Origin: Chiloscyllium plagiosum
Taxonomy: Eukaryota
DNA length: 40,549 nucleotides
Direction: 5' to 3'
Assembly: GCF_004010195.1 (NCBI RefSeq)
Contig: NC_057754.1
Coordinates: 3,804,546-3,845,094, forward strand
Part shown: one piece after another, positions 1 to 10,864 of the stretch
Position numbering within the stretch: the first letter of the stretch is position 1
Layout of the letters: every line of letters starts with the position of its first letter
Notes under the pieces: generated by a model
Told to the model about the DNA's origin: nothing
The model's database searches: none
What the model saw: the letters and a program-made list of their open reading frames with translations, nothing else
Made by a program: the position numbers and the translations under genes

Positions 1-1352
1 CATATAAAATTCACAAAAATAAAGGCTCTCTAATACACTCACAACAGTATAATAAAAAACTATTTCTAAATAATAAAAAAAATATTTAAATGGAGATTTT
101 CCCCCTTTTTCCCAGGGGGAAAATATATATATTCTATATATATTATTCTATATATATATATAGAATAATAAAAAAAAAACAAGGGGGGGGAGAAAATCGT
201 TAAGTAGAGAACAAATAAATAAATCCCTCTCCCCCCCCCCCAAGATAATATGAAACAGTAAGGTTAAAAAAAGGGATTAATATATAAAATAAAAGGGGAG
301 GGGGGATGTAAACCGGAGTGGGGGGAAAGCAAACCAACATCAATTATCTCTTACAATTTATCTAAGTCCAAAAATTCCTTGGCCTTTTCCGGCGATCCGA
401 AGTTATACACGGACCCTTCATGGTTAAAGCGTAGCATCGCTGGGTAGCGCAAGGAGTACTGAATATATAAGTCCCTTAAACACTTCTTCGCCTCATCAAA
501 CACCTTCCTCTTTCGGACCAGAGCTGGGGAAAAGTCCTGGAATAACATGATCTTGGATCCTTTATAGATCATGGCTTGGGGATCTTTTCCAAGATTTCTG
601 GAGACTTCCAGGAGCATCTGCCTCTCCTTGTAGCTCTGCAGCCAGAACAGGACCGGGCGGGGGCGCTGGTTCGAGCCGGGCCCGCGTATTGCAACCCGGT
701 AGGCCCATTCCACCCTTACCTGGCCTGATCCAGCCTCCAGATTTAATATCTATGGAAGCCACTGTTCAAGAAACTCTGTAAGCTGGCCTTCCTCTTCCCG
801 TTCGGGAAGGCCCAGCGAATGAATATTTTTTTGACGACCTCATTTCTCGAGGTCGTCGCTGTGATTCTCTAAGGTCCGGACTCGCTGTTCAAGAGTCCAG
901 ACCCAATCCACGGCCGATTGTGCTGTAGTTTCAGAGGTCGTGGCCTTTAGCTCCGCCCCTCCAACTCGGCACTCGATTTCCTTAATGTCTCGGTCGGTGC
1001 TTTTGCAGCGCGGCCGAGAGTGAGTCAGCTTCGGGATTCTTCAATAAAAGCGTCGATCTTCGCATCGAGTTTGGAGATGATTTCCACGAGGCTCGCCACC
1101 ATAGGTAAGTCCCCCGGGGCAGCTGGAGCGGGTGAGGGTGGGGTTCCTGCTTGCTGAGAGCTGCGGGTTCCCTTCCCTTTAGTCACTTTTACTGGAGATT
1201 AAATTGTTTAAATTCAATACTAAACAACTAATTACATTAAGATGATTTGGTGAGTGTGGTGGGAGTGGGTGACCCACTTTGCCCAAGTCTTGGGAGGAGT
1301 ACTGTAGACTCAGACTTGCTGGGTTGCCGCCATCTTGGATCCCCCGGAAGTC
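1..1352 (-). mobile_element. L1-clade LINE: 5' UTR, disrupted ORF1 (about 351-1186) and T-rich inter-ORF spacer; antisense within an SRR intron
   Basis: ORF 351-713 encodes RPRPVL...IMLFQDFSPALVRKRK.F...YSLRYPAMLR, an L1 ORF1p C-terminus. The 5' end reads GACTTCCGG...CAAGATGGCGG. The probable ORF1 start is now GTG at 1186-1184. Confidence 0.88.
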
Positions 1353-1447
1353 AGTGTTATGGCTGTGGGGAAGGTGCACAAAGAGTGAAGTCCAAATTAG
1401 ATTGAAATTTGAGAGGTCCATACAGAAATCTAACAACATAACGTGGT

Positions 1448-1771
1448 AGGCAGTGGCCTGGTGGAATTATCACTGGACTGTTAATCCAGAAACCCAGGTA
1501 ATGTTCTGGGGACCCAGGTTCAAATCCGACCAGGGCAGACTGTGCAATTTGAATTCAGTGAGTATCTGGATGAATCCATTGTCGAGTGTCAGGAAAAACC
1601 GATCTGATTCCTTTAAGAAAGGAAACTGCCATCCTTGCCTGGTCTGGACTACCTGTTACTCCAGACCCACAGTTGACTCTTAACTGCTCCCCGGACAATT
1701 AGGGATGGGCTATAAATGCTGGCCTAATCAGCGACGCCTTCATCCAGTGCATGAATAAAGAAAAAAATAAA
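1448..1771 (+). mobile_element. tRNA-derived SINE (family 2) with a LINE-derived tail
   Basis: A-box-like head, B-box ggttcaaatcc and an A-rich tail. Reverse-orientation copies lie at about 33335-33660 and 38790-39350. Confidence 0.75.
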
Positions 1772-2354
1772 GTGGGAAGAAGCTGTTCTTGAATCTGTTG
1801 GAACAAGTGTTTAAGCTTTTGTATCTTCCTGACGGAAGGGGTCGGAAAAGATGATAAGCGGGGTGGGAGGGGACTTTGACTATGTTGGCTGCCTTTCCAA
1901 GGTAGTGGGAAGTATAGAGGGGAGGTTGGCTTGTGTGATGGTCTGGGCTGTTTTCACAACTCTCTGTAGTTTCTTACGGTCTTGGGGAGAGCAGTTGCCC
2001 AAGCCATGATGCATTCAGATAGAATGCTTTCTATGGTGCACCAGTGAAAATTGGTCAGTGCCTCTATGGCTTTGCTGAATTTCCTTAGCCCCCTGCGGAA
2101 GGAGAGGTGTTTTTGTGCTTTCTGTAGATCAGGACTGCAGCGAATTAGTTGCTGTTGAAGGAAGTGACGTACTGTTGAACCTTTTTGCCTTGTCCACATC
2201 AGGATGAAATTGCCAGAATGCCAAATCTCAAAGGGAACAACATTTTATATTGCATTAGAAGAGGGTGCTGACTGAATGGCAAATTTACTGTGTTTGTTGA
2301 GGCACTGCCATGGCAAATGCGCCAGGGGTTGGCTCTAATCTAAATCCCCAAGCT

Positions 2355-2570
2355 TTAATAAAAACAAAATACTACGGGTACTGGAAATCCGAAATAAAAA
2401 GTGGAAAGCTCAGCAGGTCTAGCAGCATCTGTGGAGAATGAAACATTTACGTTTTGAGTGCAGTCTGCCAGAGCTCTGAAGAAGACTTGTGCCGGACTCG
2501 AAACATTAACTCTGCCTCTGTCTTCAGAGGTGTTGCCAGACGTGCTGAGTTTCTCCAGCACTTTCTGTCC
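2355..2570. mobile_element. Degenerate Penelope-like inverted-repeat element with a hammerhead-like core at 2476-2504
   Basis: Imperfect palindrome (ctcagcaggtctagcagcatct...gtgttgccagacgtgctgag) around CTGAAGA...GAAAC. Confidence 0.65.
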
Positions 2571-2737
2571 CCAACCTTGCTTTGGTTGAAAAGACACAAT
2601 GCGTAGGCATGTTTTTTTTTTCTGTTTGCAAAGCACATGGCCCTGTGTGTAAATCTATCTTTAGCTTGTAGCATGTGCGAGTGAGCCACACTGCTCTGAA
2701 ATTAATTCTTGCTTTGTTATTGTTTATCTTCCATAAG

Positions 2738-2857
2738 TCAAGAATGGAAACCGTGTCCAAGGTCATAGCGGAGACCCAGGGGATTCAAATCCACTCTAAC
2801 CAAGATGCCCTTGTGATTGCTGGTCAAGGCACCATAGGACTGGAGATCTTGCAACAA
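2738..2857 (+). CDS. SRR: Serine racemase, internal coding exon (SRMETVSKVIAETQGIQIHSNQDALVIAGQGTIGLEILQQ)
   Basis: 120-nt phase 0/0 exon between ...ccataAG and GTaacc. The translation matches the SRR segment H-x-NQ...VIAGQGTI-x-LE. Confidence 0.93.
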
Positions 2858-3592
2858 GTAACCAGAATCATTGTGTCTAAGTATATAGAACAGATGAAGG
2901 AGCCATTGTGTGTAATAGGGATTTAGGTAGAGTGTGTTCCATTGACCTGCACCCAACCTCTGTGCAATTGTACCTTTTTCTGCAACACGGACCAATCTTG
3001 CTTCAATTGCATAGGAGCTTAGATAGACCAGTCTGGAGTTCTGTCTGCTGTTTGACCTCCTTGTCTCAGGAAACATATTATTGCCATCGAGGGAGTGCAA
3101 TGAAGGTTCACCAGATTTATTTCTGGGATGGCAGGACTGTCCTATAAAGAGAAATTGGGCTTGAATTCACTAAAGTATCAAAGAGTGTGAGGTGACTTAG
3201 TTGAAATCAACAAAATACTGAAACGGATAGAGATTGGTAAGATGTTTTCCCTGCTTGGGGAGTCCAGACCTGGGAGGTACAATTTAAACATAAAGGGATA
3301 AACACAAACTATTTAGGAACAAGATAAGAAATTTGTTTTCCTCAGAGGGTTATGAATCTTTAGAATTTTCCACCACGGAGGGCTGTGGAAGTTCACTCTT
3401 GGAGTATGTTTAAAATCGAGATTGATAAATATTTGATTATCAATGGCACAAAGGATTATGAGATCAATATGGGGATAGGGGGTAGCAGTGTGGGCTGAAT
3501 GGCTTATCGCTGCTCCTGTGTTGCTGTCTCAATGCTCTGTTCCAATATAACCGCTCTTCCCATGGGCTCTTACTTGGTCTCCTGTCAAACAG

Positions 3593-3667
3593 GTCCCAGA
3601 TGTACAGGCTGTGGTGGTTCCAGTTGGTGGTGGAGGAATGGTCTCTGGAATCACAGTCGCCATCAAG
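3593..3667 (+). CDS. SRR: Serine racemase exon (VPDVQAVVVPVGGGGMVSGITVAIK), PLP phosphate-binding glycine loop
   Basis: 75-nt exon, ...caaacAG / GTagga. It contains the VPVGGGG motif of fold-type II PLP enzymes and is in frame with its neighbours. Confidence 0.95.
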
Positions 3668-3832
3668 GTAGGATATATGGTTGGGAGATGAGTAATGGGC
3701 ACTAACTATGTTGCACGCGGAGAGCTGGAGCTAACAGTGTAAACACACAGTGTGTTATACGTGTTCTGTTGGATGTCACGCTCACACCTTCCATTCTTGT
3801 CCCCTTCTACCAACCACCCCCGTCCTCCGCAG

Positions 3833-4042
3833 ACTCAACGTCCACAGGTCAAAATTTATGCAGCAGAACCGGAGAAGGCAGATGACTGTTACCAGTCCAA
3901 GCAGTGTGGCTGCCTGACCCCCAACAAGTACGCTCCTGTGACAATAGCTGATGGAGTGAAGACTAGCATTGGGGAGAAGACTTGGCCCATCATCAGGGAC
4001 CTGGTGGATGATGTGTTCACCGTCAGTGAGGAGGAGATTAAG
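3833..4042 (+). CDS. SRR: Serine racemase exon (TQRPQVKIYAAEPEKADDCYQSK...TIADGVKTSIGEKTWPIIRDLVDDVFTVSEEEIK)
   Basis: 210-nt exon, ...ccgcAG / GTacct. It carries the AAEP..ADDC metal-binding segment and TIADGVK/TWPIIRDLVDD, both typical of SRR. Confidence 0.96.
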
Positions 4043-4094
4043 GTACCTATCCCTCAATCTGCATGTTGAATTTTGGCCATGTTATATTTTGACA

Positions 4095-4790
4095 TAGAGT
4101 CATACAGCATGGAAATGAATCCTGCGGTCCAACCAGTCCACGCCAAACATAATCCCAAACTAAACTAGTTCCACTTACCTGCTCCTTGCCCATATCTCTC
4201 CAAACCGTTCTGATTCATGTCCTTATCCAAATGTCTTTTCAACATTGTAATTGTACCCACATCCACCACTTCCTCAGGAAGGTCATTCCACCCATGAACC
4301 ACTCTCTGTGTTAAGAATTTGCCCCTCATATCTTTTGTAAATCTTTCTCCTCTCGCCCTAAAAATATGACCCCTATTGTTGAAGTCCCCCATCTTAGAGA
4401 AAAGACAGCTACCACTGACTCTATCTGTACCCCTCATTATTTTATAAACTTCTATCACGTCACCTCTCAACCTCCTACTATCCTGCGGAAGAAGTCCCAG
4501 CTTATCCAACCTTCCATACCTGGCAACATCCTGGTAAATCTCCTCTGAACTCTCTCCAGTTTAATAATATCCTTCCTATAACTGGGTGACCAGAACTGCA
4601 CACGGTGTTCTAGAAGAGGCCTCACCAAGGTCCTGTACAAAAGCAACATAACGTCCCAACTCCTATACTCAAGGACTGAGCAACGAAGGTAAGTGTGCCA
4701 CTGTGTCCATATGTGACACAAACATCAAAGAGTTATGTACCTGCTCCCCAGCTCCCTCTGTTCTACAACACTACCCAAGGCCCTAACATT
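4095..4790 (-). mobile_element. CR1/HER1 LINE 3' fragment
   Basis: The minus strand encodes LYRTLVRPLLE..VQFWSP...LERVQRRFTRM and RRLRGD.IEVYKIMRG (CR1 RT C-terminus), followed by the HER1-type tail. Confidence 0.9.
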
Positions 4791-5034
4791 CCCCTTCCTC
4801 ACCAATTCCAGGGAGCAGCTGGAATGAGGATTGACAACCAACTGGGCACCCCACCCAGCTACACGTGTTATCAGACGGTGCAGCATGGCATTTGCGAATA
4901 CAGGGTAGAGTGAGCAACGTGATGTTTTAGCCAGTATCACTGGCGAGATGTCAAAATCCTTGACAGATCATATATCCCAAAGGCACTGTTCACTTAGTGT
5001 CTTAGGACATCATGGAAACTGCAACTACAGTTTT

Positions 5035-5325
5035 TAGATTAGATTAGATTCCCTACAGTGTGAAACAGGCCCTTCGGCCCAACTATCCACGCTGACTCTC
5101 CGAACAGTAACCCACCCAGACCCATTTCCCTCTGACTAATGCACCTAACACTATGGGTAATTTAGCGTGGCCAATTCACCTGACCTGCACATCTTTGGAC
5201 TGTGGGAGGAAACCGGAGCACCCGGAGGAAACCCACACAGACACGGGGAGAATGTGCAAACTCCATACAGGCAGTCGCCCGAGGCTGGAATCAAACCTTT
5301 GGCCCTGGTGCTGTGAGGCAGCAGT
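5035..5325 (-). mobile_element. HE1-type (V-SINE) tRNA-derived SINE
   Basis: Core gtggagtttgcacattctccccgtgtctg..gggtttcctccgggtgctcc on the minus strand, with an (ATCTA)n tail. Confidence 0.9.
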
Positions 5326-5339
5326 TGTGATCACGTTGG

Positions 5340-5965
5340 CCATGACTCACTGGGTGGCACTGTCACCCAAGTCAGTGAGTTATGGGTTTGAGAGCCCCAG
5401 GGACTGGAACATAAATTCTGGATTAGAGTGGTGCTGGAAAAGCACAGCAGTTCAGGCAGCATCTGAGGAGCAGGAAAATCGACGTTTCAAGCAAAAGCCC
5501 TTCATCAGGAATACTTTTGCCCGAAACGTCGATTTTCCTGCTCCTCGGATGCTGCCTGACCTGCTGTGCTTTTCCAGCACCACTCTAATCCAGAGTCTGG
5601 TTTCCAGCATCTGCAGACATTGTTTTTACCGACTGGAACATAAATCCCAGGCTGACTCTCCCAGTGCCTGTACTGAGGGAGTGCTGCACCCATCAGAGGT
5701 GCTGTTGTTTTAGGTGAAACTGAGGCCTCTAGCTGCCTTTTCATGTGGGTATAAAAGGTCACTGCAGTATTCCAACAAAGAGGGTGGGGGGTGCTGTTCT
5801 CACCACTGTCTTGTCCCTCCGTGGATATCGCAAAGCAAATGTTTTGTCGTTATTTCATGTTGTTGGCATCTTTGTGTGTGCCAGATTTCCTGTGTTACAG
5901 CAGTGACTACGCTTGACAACAAATCTCAGTGGCTGCAAAGTATTTTGGGACATATTACACCTGGT
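5340..5965 (+). mobile_element. Old DeuSINE-like element interrupted by a Penelope-like insertion
   Basis: The motifs ggctgac..cccagtgc..tactgagggagtgctgca and ggtataaaagg resemble the Deu-domain SINE body from memory; a related copy lies at 16130-16375. Confidence 0.55.
5417..5630. mobile_element. Short Penelope-like palindromic insertion with a 15-bp TSD
   Basis: About 80-90-bp inverted arms. The TSD gactggaacataaat is at 5402-5416 and 5631-5645. The minus strand has CTGATGA-aGGGCttttGCTT-GAAACGTC. Confidence 0.85.
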
Positions 5966-6337
5966 AGGCACACAGAAAAGCCAGCCCAACTCGTCCATAT
6001 TGGTGTTTCTGCTCCACATAAGCTTTCTCTGACCTTTTCTCACCCAAATCTACTGCTGTTATATGTTCCCTTTTAAATGCTTCTGTACGATTTATTTCAG
6101 TCTCGCCCCATGGGAGGGAGTTCCACATTCCCACCACTCTCTGGGTGAAGGTGTTTGGCTTGCATTCCCAATTTGGTTTGTTGGTGGCCATCTTATATTG
6201 ATCGGGTGGAGTTCGGCTCTACCTCTGGCAGTGTGGCAATTGAGTAAAGGTAACTATAAAAACTATAAAGGAGCTGCTCACAGTTGATTGGAAGGGCAGC
6301 CTGGCAGGGAAGATGGAGGAGCATCAATGGCACGGTA

Positions 6338-7030
6338 ATAGAGTCATAAAGATGTACAGCACGGAAACAGACCCTTCGGTCCACCCATCCACGCCAACCA
6401 GATATCCCAACCTAATCCAGTCCCATTTGCCAGCATTTGGCCCATATCCCTCCAAACCCTTCCTATTCATATACCCATCCAGATACCTTTTAAATGTTGC
6501 AATTGTACCAGCCTCCACCACTTCCTCTGGCAGCTCATTTCATACACACAGCACCCTCTGCTTGAAAACGTTGCCCCTTAGGTCCCTTTTAAATCTTTCC
6601 CCTCTCATCATAAACCTATGCCCTTTAGTTCTGGACTCCCCCCACCGCAGGGAAATTGTCTAGTCACCCTATCCATGCCCCTCATGATTTTGTAAACCTT
6701 TCAGCCTCTGACATGTCTCTTATAAAACAAAATGGCAGAGAGGTGACCTAACAGAAGTGTGTCAACTTCTGGTAGCTTTCGACAGAGCAGAAACAGAGAC
6801 AATGTATCCTCTTGTGAAGCCATAAGATACAGGAGCAAAGTTAGGCCATTTGGCCCACTGCAATGACAACATTTAAAAGGCATTTGGATGGGTATATCAA
6901 TAGGAAGGGTTTGGAGGGACATGGGCCAGGTGCTGGCAGGTGGGACTAGATTGGGTTGGGATGTCTGGTTGGCATGGACAGGTTGGACTGAAGGGCCTGT
7001 TTCCATGCTGTACATCTCTATGACTCAATG
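6338..7030. mobile_element. Two CR1/HER1 3' fragments in opposite orientation (6338-6705 minus; 6860-7030 plus)
   Basis: Both carry the HER1-type tail (..gaagggtctgtttcc.tgctgtacatct.tatgactc) and TIATFKR.LDGYM coding remnants. Confidence 0.85.
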
Positions 7031-7225
7031 ATTCTAAGAATCCTAGCCTTTCCTAATGTGTATCCCCCTTCATTTCTGCTGTCGCCCTGTATAGCCCTTC
7101 TTCACATCCTCTCCAACACCCCTACGTCATTTTTATAATCTGGCGGCCAGGCTTGTGTGTGGTATTCCAAGGACATTGCAAAGGGATGAAACCATTCTAC
7201 AATTGGCGCTCTTTATCTTTTGCAG

Positions 7226-7411
7226 CGGGCTACACGGCTGATGTGGGAGCGGGCGAAGCTGGTGATTGAGCCCACCGCGGGCGTCGGGGTCGCAGTGGTC
7301 CTCTCCCCCCGGTTTCGAGACCTCCCGGGCAATCTCCGCAATGTCTGTGTGGTGCTGTGTGGAGGCAACGTGGACTTGGACTCTCTTGATTGGCTGAAGG
7401 TCACTGAGTGA
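7226..7411 (+). CDS. SRR: Serine racemase, last coding exon (RATRLMWERAKLVIEPTAGVGVAVVLS...VVLCGGNVDLDSLDWLKVTE*)
   Basis: Polypyrimidine tract plus ttgcAG acceptor; WERxKLxIEPTAGVG and GGNVD motifs; TGA at 7409-7411. Confidence 0.95.
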   Translation, partial: RATRLMWERAKLVIEPTAGVGVAVVLSPRFRDLPGNLRNVCVVLCGGNVDLDSLDWLKVTE

Positions 7412-7810
7412 AACGTTTTTGACCTCTTGATGAAGCCAAATGATGGGTGGGTGGGCGTGTGCGTGAGAGAGAGATAACAGTCAGAAAATTGAAGGGGAAA
7501 CTAAGATAATAATCAATGGCTCAAAGATATTAATTGTATAATAATGATGGTTAATGATATGCAGGAAGTGAGAATGTGGCATAACCAGTGTGTTAATGTA
7601 ACTCATGAGTATCACAAGGGCTCCAAAATTACATTTTAATTTCATTTTCTTTGGCTTGCTTTAAAGTTATAATTTTTGTACAAAAAGCCCCTATTAGGGC
7701 CGGTCACTCTGCAACATTATTAATTGGTTTTAATTGAAACTTTAAAAAACAGTCAGAAGAGTTTCTGAAACTGAGTTAGGAGGTGTATGCTTGTCATCCG
7801 TCACTCTGTA

Positions 7811-7816
7811 AATAAA
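7811..7816 (+). terminator. Candidate SRR polyadenylation signal AATAAA
   Basis: AATAAA about 400 nt after the SRR stop codon, at the end of an AT-rich 3' UTR-like stretch. Confidence 0.5.
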
Positions 7817-8299
7817 TGTAAGACTGTGTAAAGATTGGCACCAGTACTATCCTTCACTTTGCAGGTGATAGTAAAGGAGAGGGAGAGAGATTTGTGAAGT
7901 GTAAGTAGATTAGAGAGGCTGGAACTGTTCTCCTTGGAGAAGGGAAGATTAAGAGGTGCTTTGATGGCGGTATCCAAAATTACGAGGTGTCTGGATAGAG
8001 TCAATAGAGAGTAAGCATCCTCGTTGGTGGAAGAATTGAGAACCATAGAGCACTGATTTTAATTGATTGGCAAAAGAAGCAAGGGGGACGTCAAGAAAAA
8101 CACGTTTCACACAGCAAGTGGTTAGGATCTCGGGTGTACTGCCTGAGGAAATTAAATCATGGCTTTCGAAAAGGAATTTGATAATTATCTGAAGAGAATG
8201 AGCCATGGCCTTATTGAGTAGCAGTGGAGACTCTAGGTGCTGATTAGCAGCTTCTTGCTCCTAACCCGTGCATTCATATGGGAAGACATTTGCAGGGAC

Positions 8300-9628
8300 T
8301 GTTATGGATCAGACCAGACCAGTCTAGACTCTAACCTTTTTCTTATTTTAACGGTAGATGTGAAGTAGCATGTTCCAGATGCAATACAACTGGTCAAACT
8401 ACTCAATGTTAAGAAAAACTCAATTTATTTAGGGTGTATAGTTAATGAAGTGGGCATTGACATGGGGCATGCTGACACGGGGCACACAGACACAAGATGG
8501 CCGCTGAGCCATAAGTTGGTCGCTTAGCACACAAGATGGCCACTGAGCCATAAGTTGGTACTTAGCACACAAGATGGCCGCTGAGCCATTACATGGAAAG
8601 TACAGCGAAGCATACACAGATATGCCTGAGGCCAACAGGATACCAGCACAATAGACACAGAATATAGATAATTAATTTAAAGTGGGTGGGGGAGAGAATA
8701 CACATCAGTAACATCTACTGCCCGCCGAAGTGTCTGAGTCCAGCCACCACCTTCAATAGAAATGTTAACTCCCTGATTCTGCTTGTATACATGTATTAAT
8801 ACCTTAGATTGGCAGTAATGGAAAACGATCTTCCTTCTCAGGAAGGATGATCACGACCAATTACTGCAGCAATGGACTTCTGGGTAGCTGCTGAAACTGA
8901 CAATGACTCTGTAACATTCCTCTGAAACCCACAATGACTCTGTAATGTTTTCTGTAAGCAAACCATGCTGCACAAACAAAGACTCGCTATCTGGACCATT
9001 ATACCATGAATTGTATAAAACATCGTGACATGTACTCCAGGGGGGGAAGAGAAGACTGGCAGCTGACAGCCATGCTGCCGGATCTCTCTTTCTCTCCTCG
9101 GGGCTCCGGTTTCTTTGTACAATGTTGCTGAATCCCGATTCTGACTCTGAAACTGGTGATTTTCCCCACAACAATTAAAATACAAACAAGAGAAATACTT
9201 AGCTATCGGAAAATGTAACCAGATAATAGATACAATATCATTACTAATTAACCGTTCCAATATAATAACACCCTGTAAACACATGGCAAAAGGCAAATTC
9301 AGACACAGATTCTCACATGCAGTTCTCCAATCCCAGAGGAAAAAACATCAAGAGGAAATTCAGAGAGCATAGCAGGTAGGAATCATTCACTGAAGCTTCC
9401 AGCTCTTCTGAGATCCCAAAGGGCTTCTGCTGCTTCAAGCTGAATAAAACACTAGAAAGCCTGGTCTGTGAAAGTTGCTTCCATTATTCCAACTTTTGGA
9501 AAAAAAACCTGAAGGTCTCACAAGTTGTTTACATATGTGATTTGGTAGGCAGTTTGTCACCTCTGTCTTACAACTTCTCAAATAAAAACAGGACTAAGTA
9601 ACCTTTTAAAGCAACAGCATTGGTCACA
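8300..9628. mobile_element. Solo-LTR-like element (TG...CA, 4-bp TSD GGAC), probably with a second LTR-like insert at about 8430-9170
   Basis: Starts TGTTATGG (8300) and ends GGTCACA (9628). GGAC is at 8296-8299 and 9629-9632. There are internal short tandem repeats and a TATAAAA near 9015. Confidence 0.65.
8491..8589 (+). repeat. About 2.6 copies of a 38-39-bp tandem repeat, each containing CAAGATGGCC
   Basis: Units of cacaagatggcc(g/a)ctgagccataagttggt..cttagca start at 8491, 8530 and 8568. Confidence 0.9.
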
Positions 9629-10864
9629 GGACATAGCCAGGGAGTGTGAGTAGCCAAGTCAGTCATGCTGACAGCAGGCAGAGACACAACCGGCTGAATT
9701 AACACCAGTAACCATTCTGTGACTCTGATTTGAACAACAAAGGGTGTAGAAGCAGCACTTTAGAGGAAAGGTCTAAAGATAGGAGAGGTTGGTTGGAGTA
9801 CCTGGTGAATCAGGAGCCAGGGAGGGATGGTGGGGTACTATCAGCAGTAAATACTACTCGGAAGAGCAAAGGTTTGAACTGAGATTTCAGTGAGGTGTGA
9901 ATGTTTGGCCTTGCCAGTGTGGCCAGAAGGTAGCCTTAACAAAACCACAAATGAGTAGACCATAATTGTATCAGTCCTGGGTACCTTGTCATTTACATTA
10001 TCTATTTGTACAGGTATCTGTAAAACAATGGTATTTTGTGTCAACCCAGCAGCAGAATAATAGCCAGAACTTCTGAGGTAACAAACATTTTATTGATTTC
10101 ACAAGATAAAGCTGTTGTTTCTCTGCTCTGAGTCAAAGTAATACAAACTGGGTAATAGCCTTTAGTGCTGTACGTGAACTGCTTTAGTGTCAGCGTCTCT
10201 GCTCAAGTATCAGGACAGAGGGCACTTGCTTGGATGCAGTCAGTTTAGTGGAGAAGATGTCACACACCCTGCTTACTCACACTGCATTTAGGTTGCCAAT
10301 GGGGGCTTTAAAGTCCTGTTCCCTTGCTTATTTCTGAACTTGCGCCCCCACCAGAGTCTTTCCCCATTCTTCCTTTGACTTCTCAAGTTTCTTTTGTGAA
10401 AGAAAAATTGCCATTTCACCACTGCGAATAGATCTATCCAAACCCTTGCCTTCTCCGTCTTAGAACGTAAGAAATAGGCCATTCAGTCCCTCAAGCCAGC
10501 TCCACCATTCAGTGGGATCATGATCAATCTTTTATTTCAACACCATTTTCCTACACAACCCCCAGACAATGATAGGTCGAAGGAGTAAATTGTTTTGTTC
10601 CCAACCTATTCATTATTCCTTGAATATTTGCGGCATAAAATTTGAACGTTGATCTGATTGTATTGCTCGGGTAATCCGAATGCTTCAGAAAATGTTCTGC
10701 GTCACTGTTTTCCCCAAAGGTTCTGCTCTGCAGTAATATCCATAATTTTGTGACATACCTAATTTGGTGTAGTTCATCTCAAGGGTATGACAGCCTCCTG
10801 AAACAGTGTCCAGAGATACCTGATATGTCCAGAGTGTCCACAGCTTAGGCTCCAGCTCATTGAG

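Noticed and set aside
5417..5630. Palindromes as miRNA precursors or DNA-transposon MITEs
   Set aside because: They are multi-copy and asymmetric, have long TSDs, and share sequence with Penelope-like termini that carry hammerhead motifs.
5153..5713. 186-aa ORF as a novel gene
   Set aside because: It is a chance read-through of an antisense HE1 SINE, a DeuSINE-like remnant and a Penelope-like palindrome.
8838..9296. 152-aa minus-strand ORF
   Set aside because: It lies within the LTR-like element, crosses the inferred inner boundary, and has no recognisable motif.
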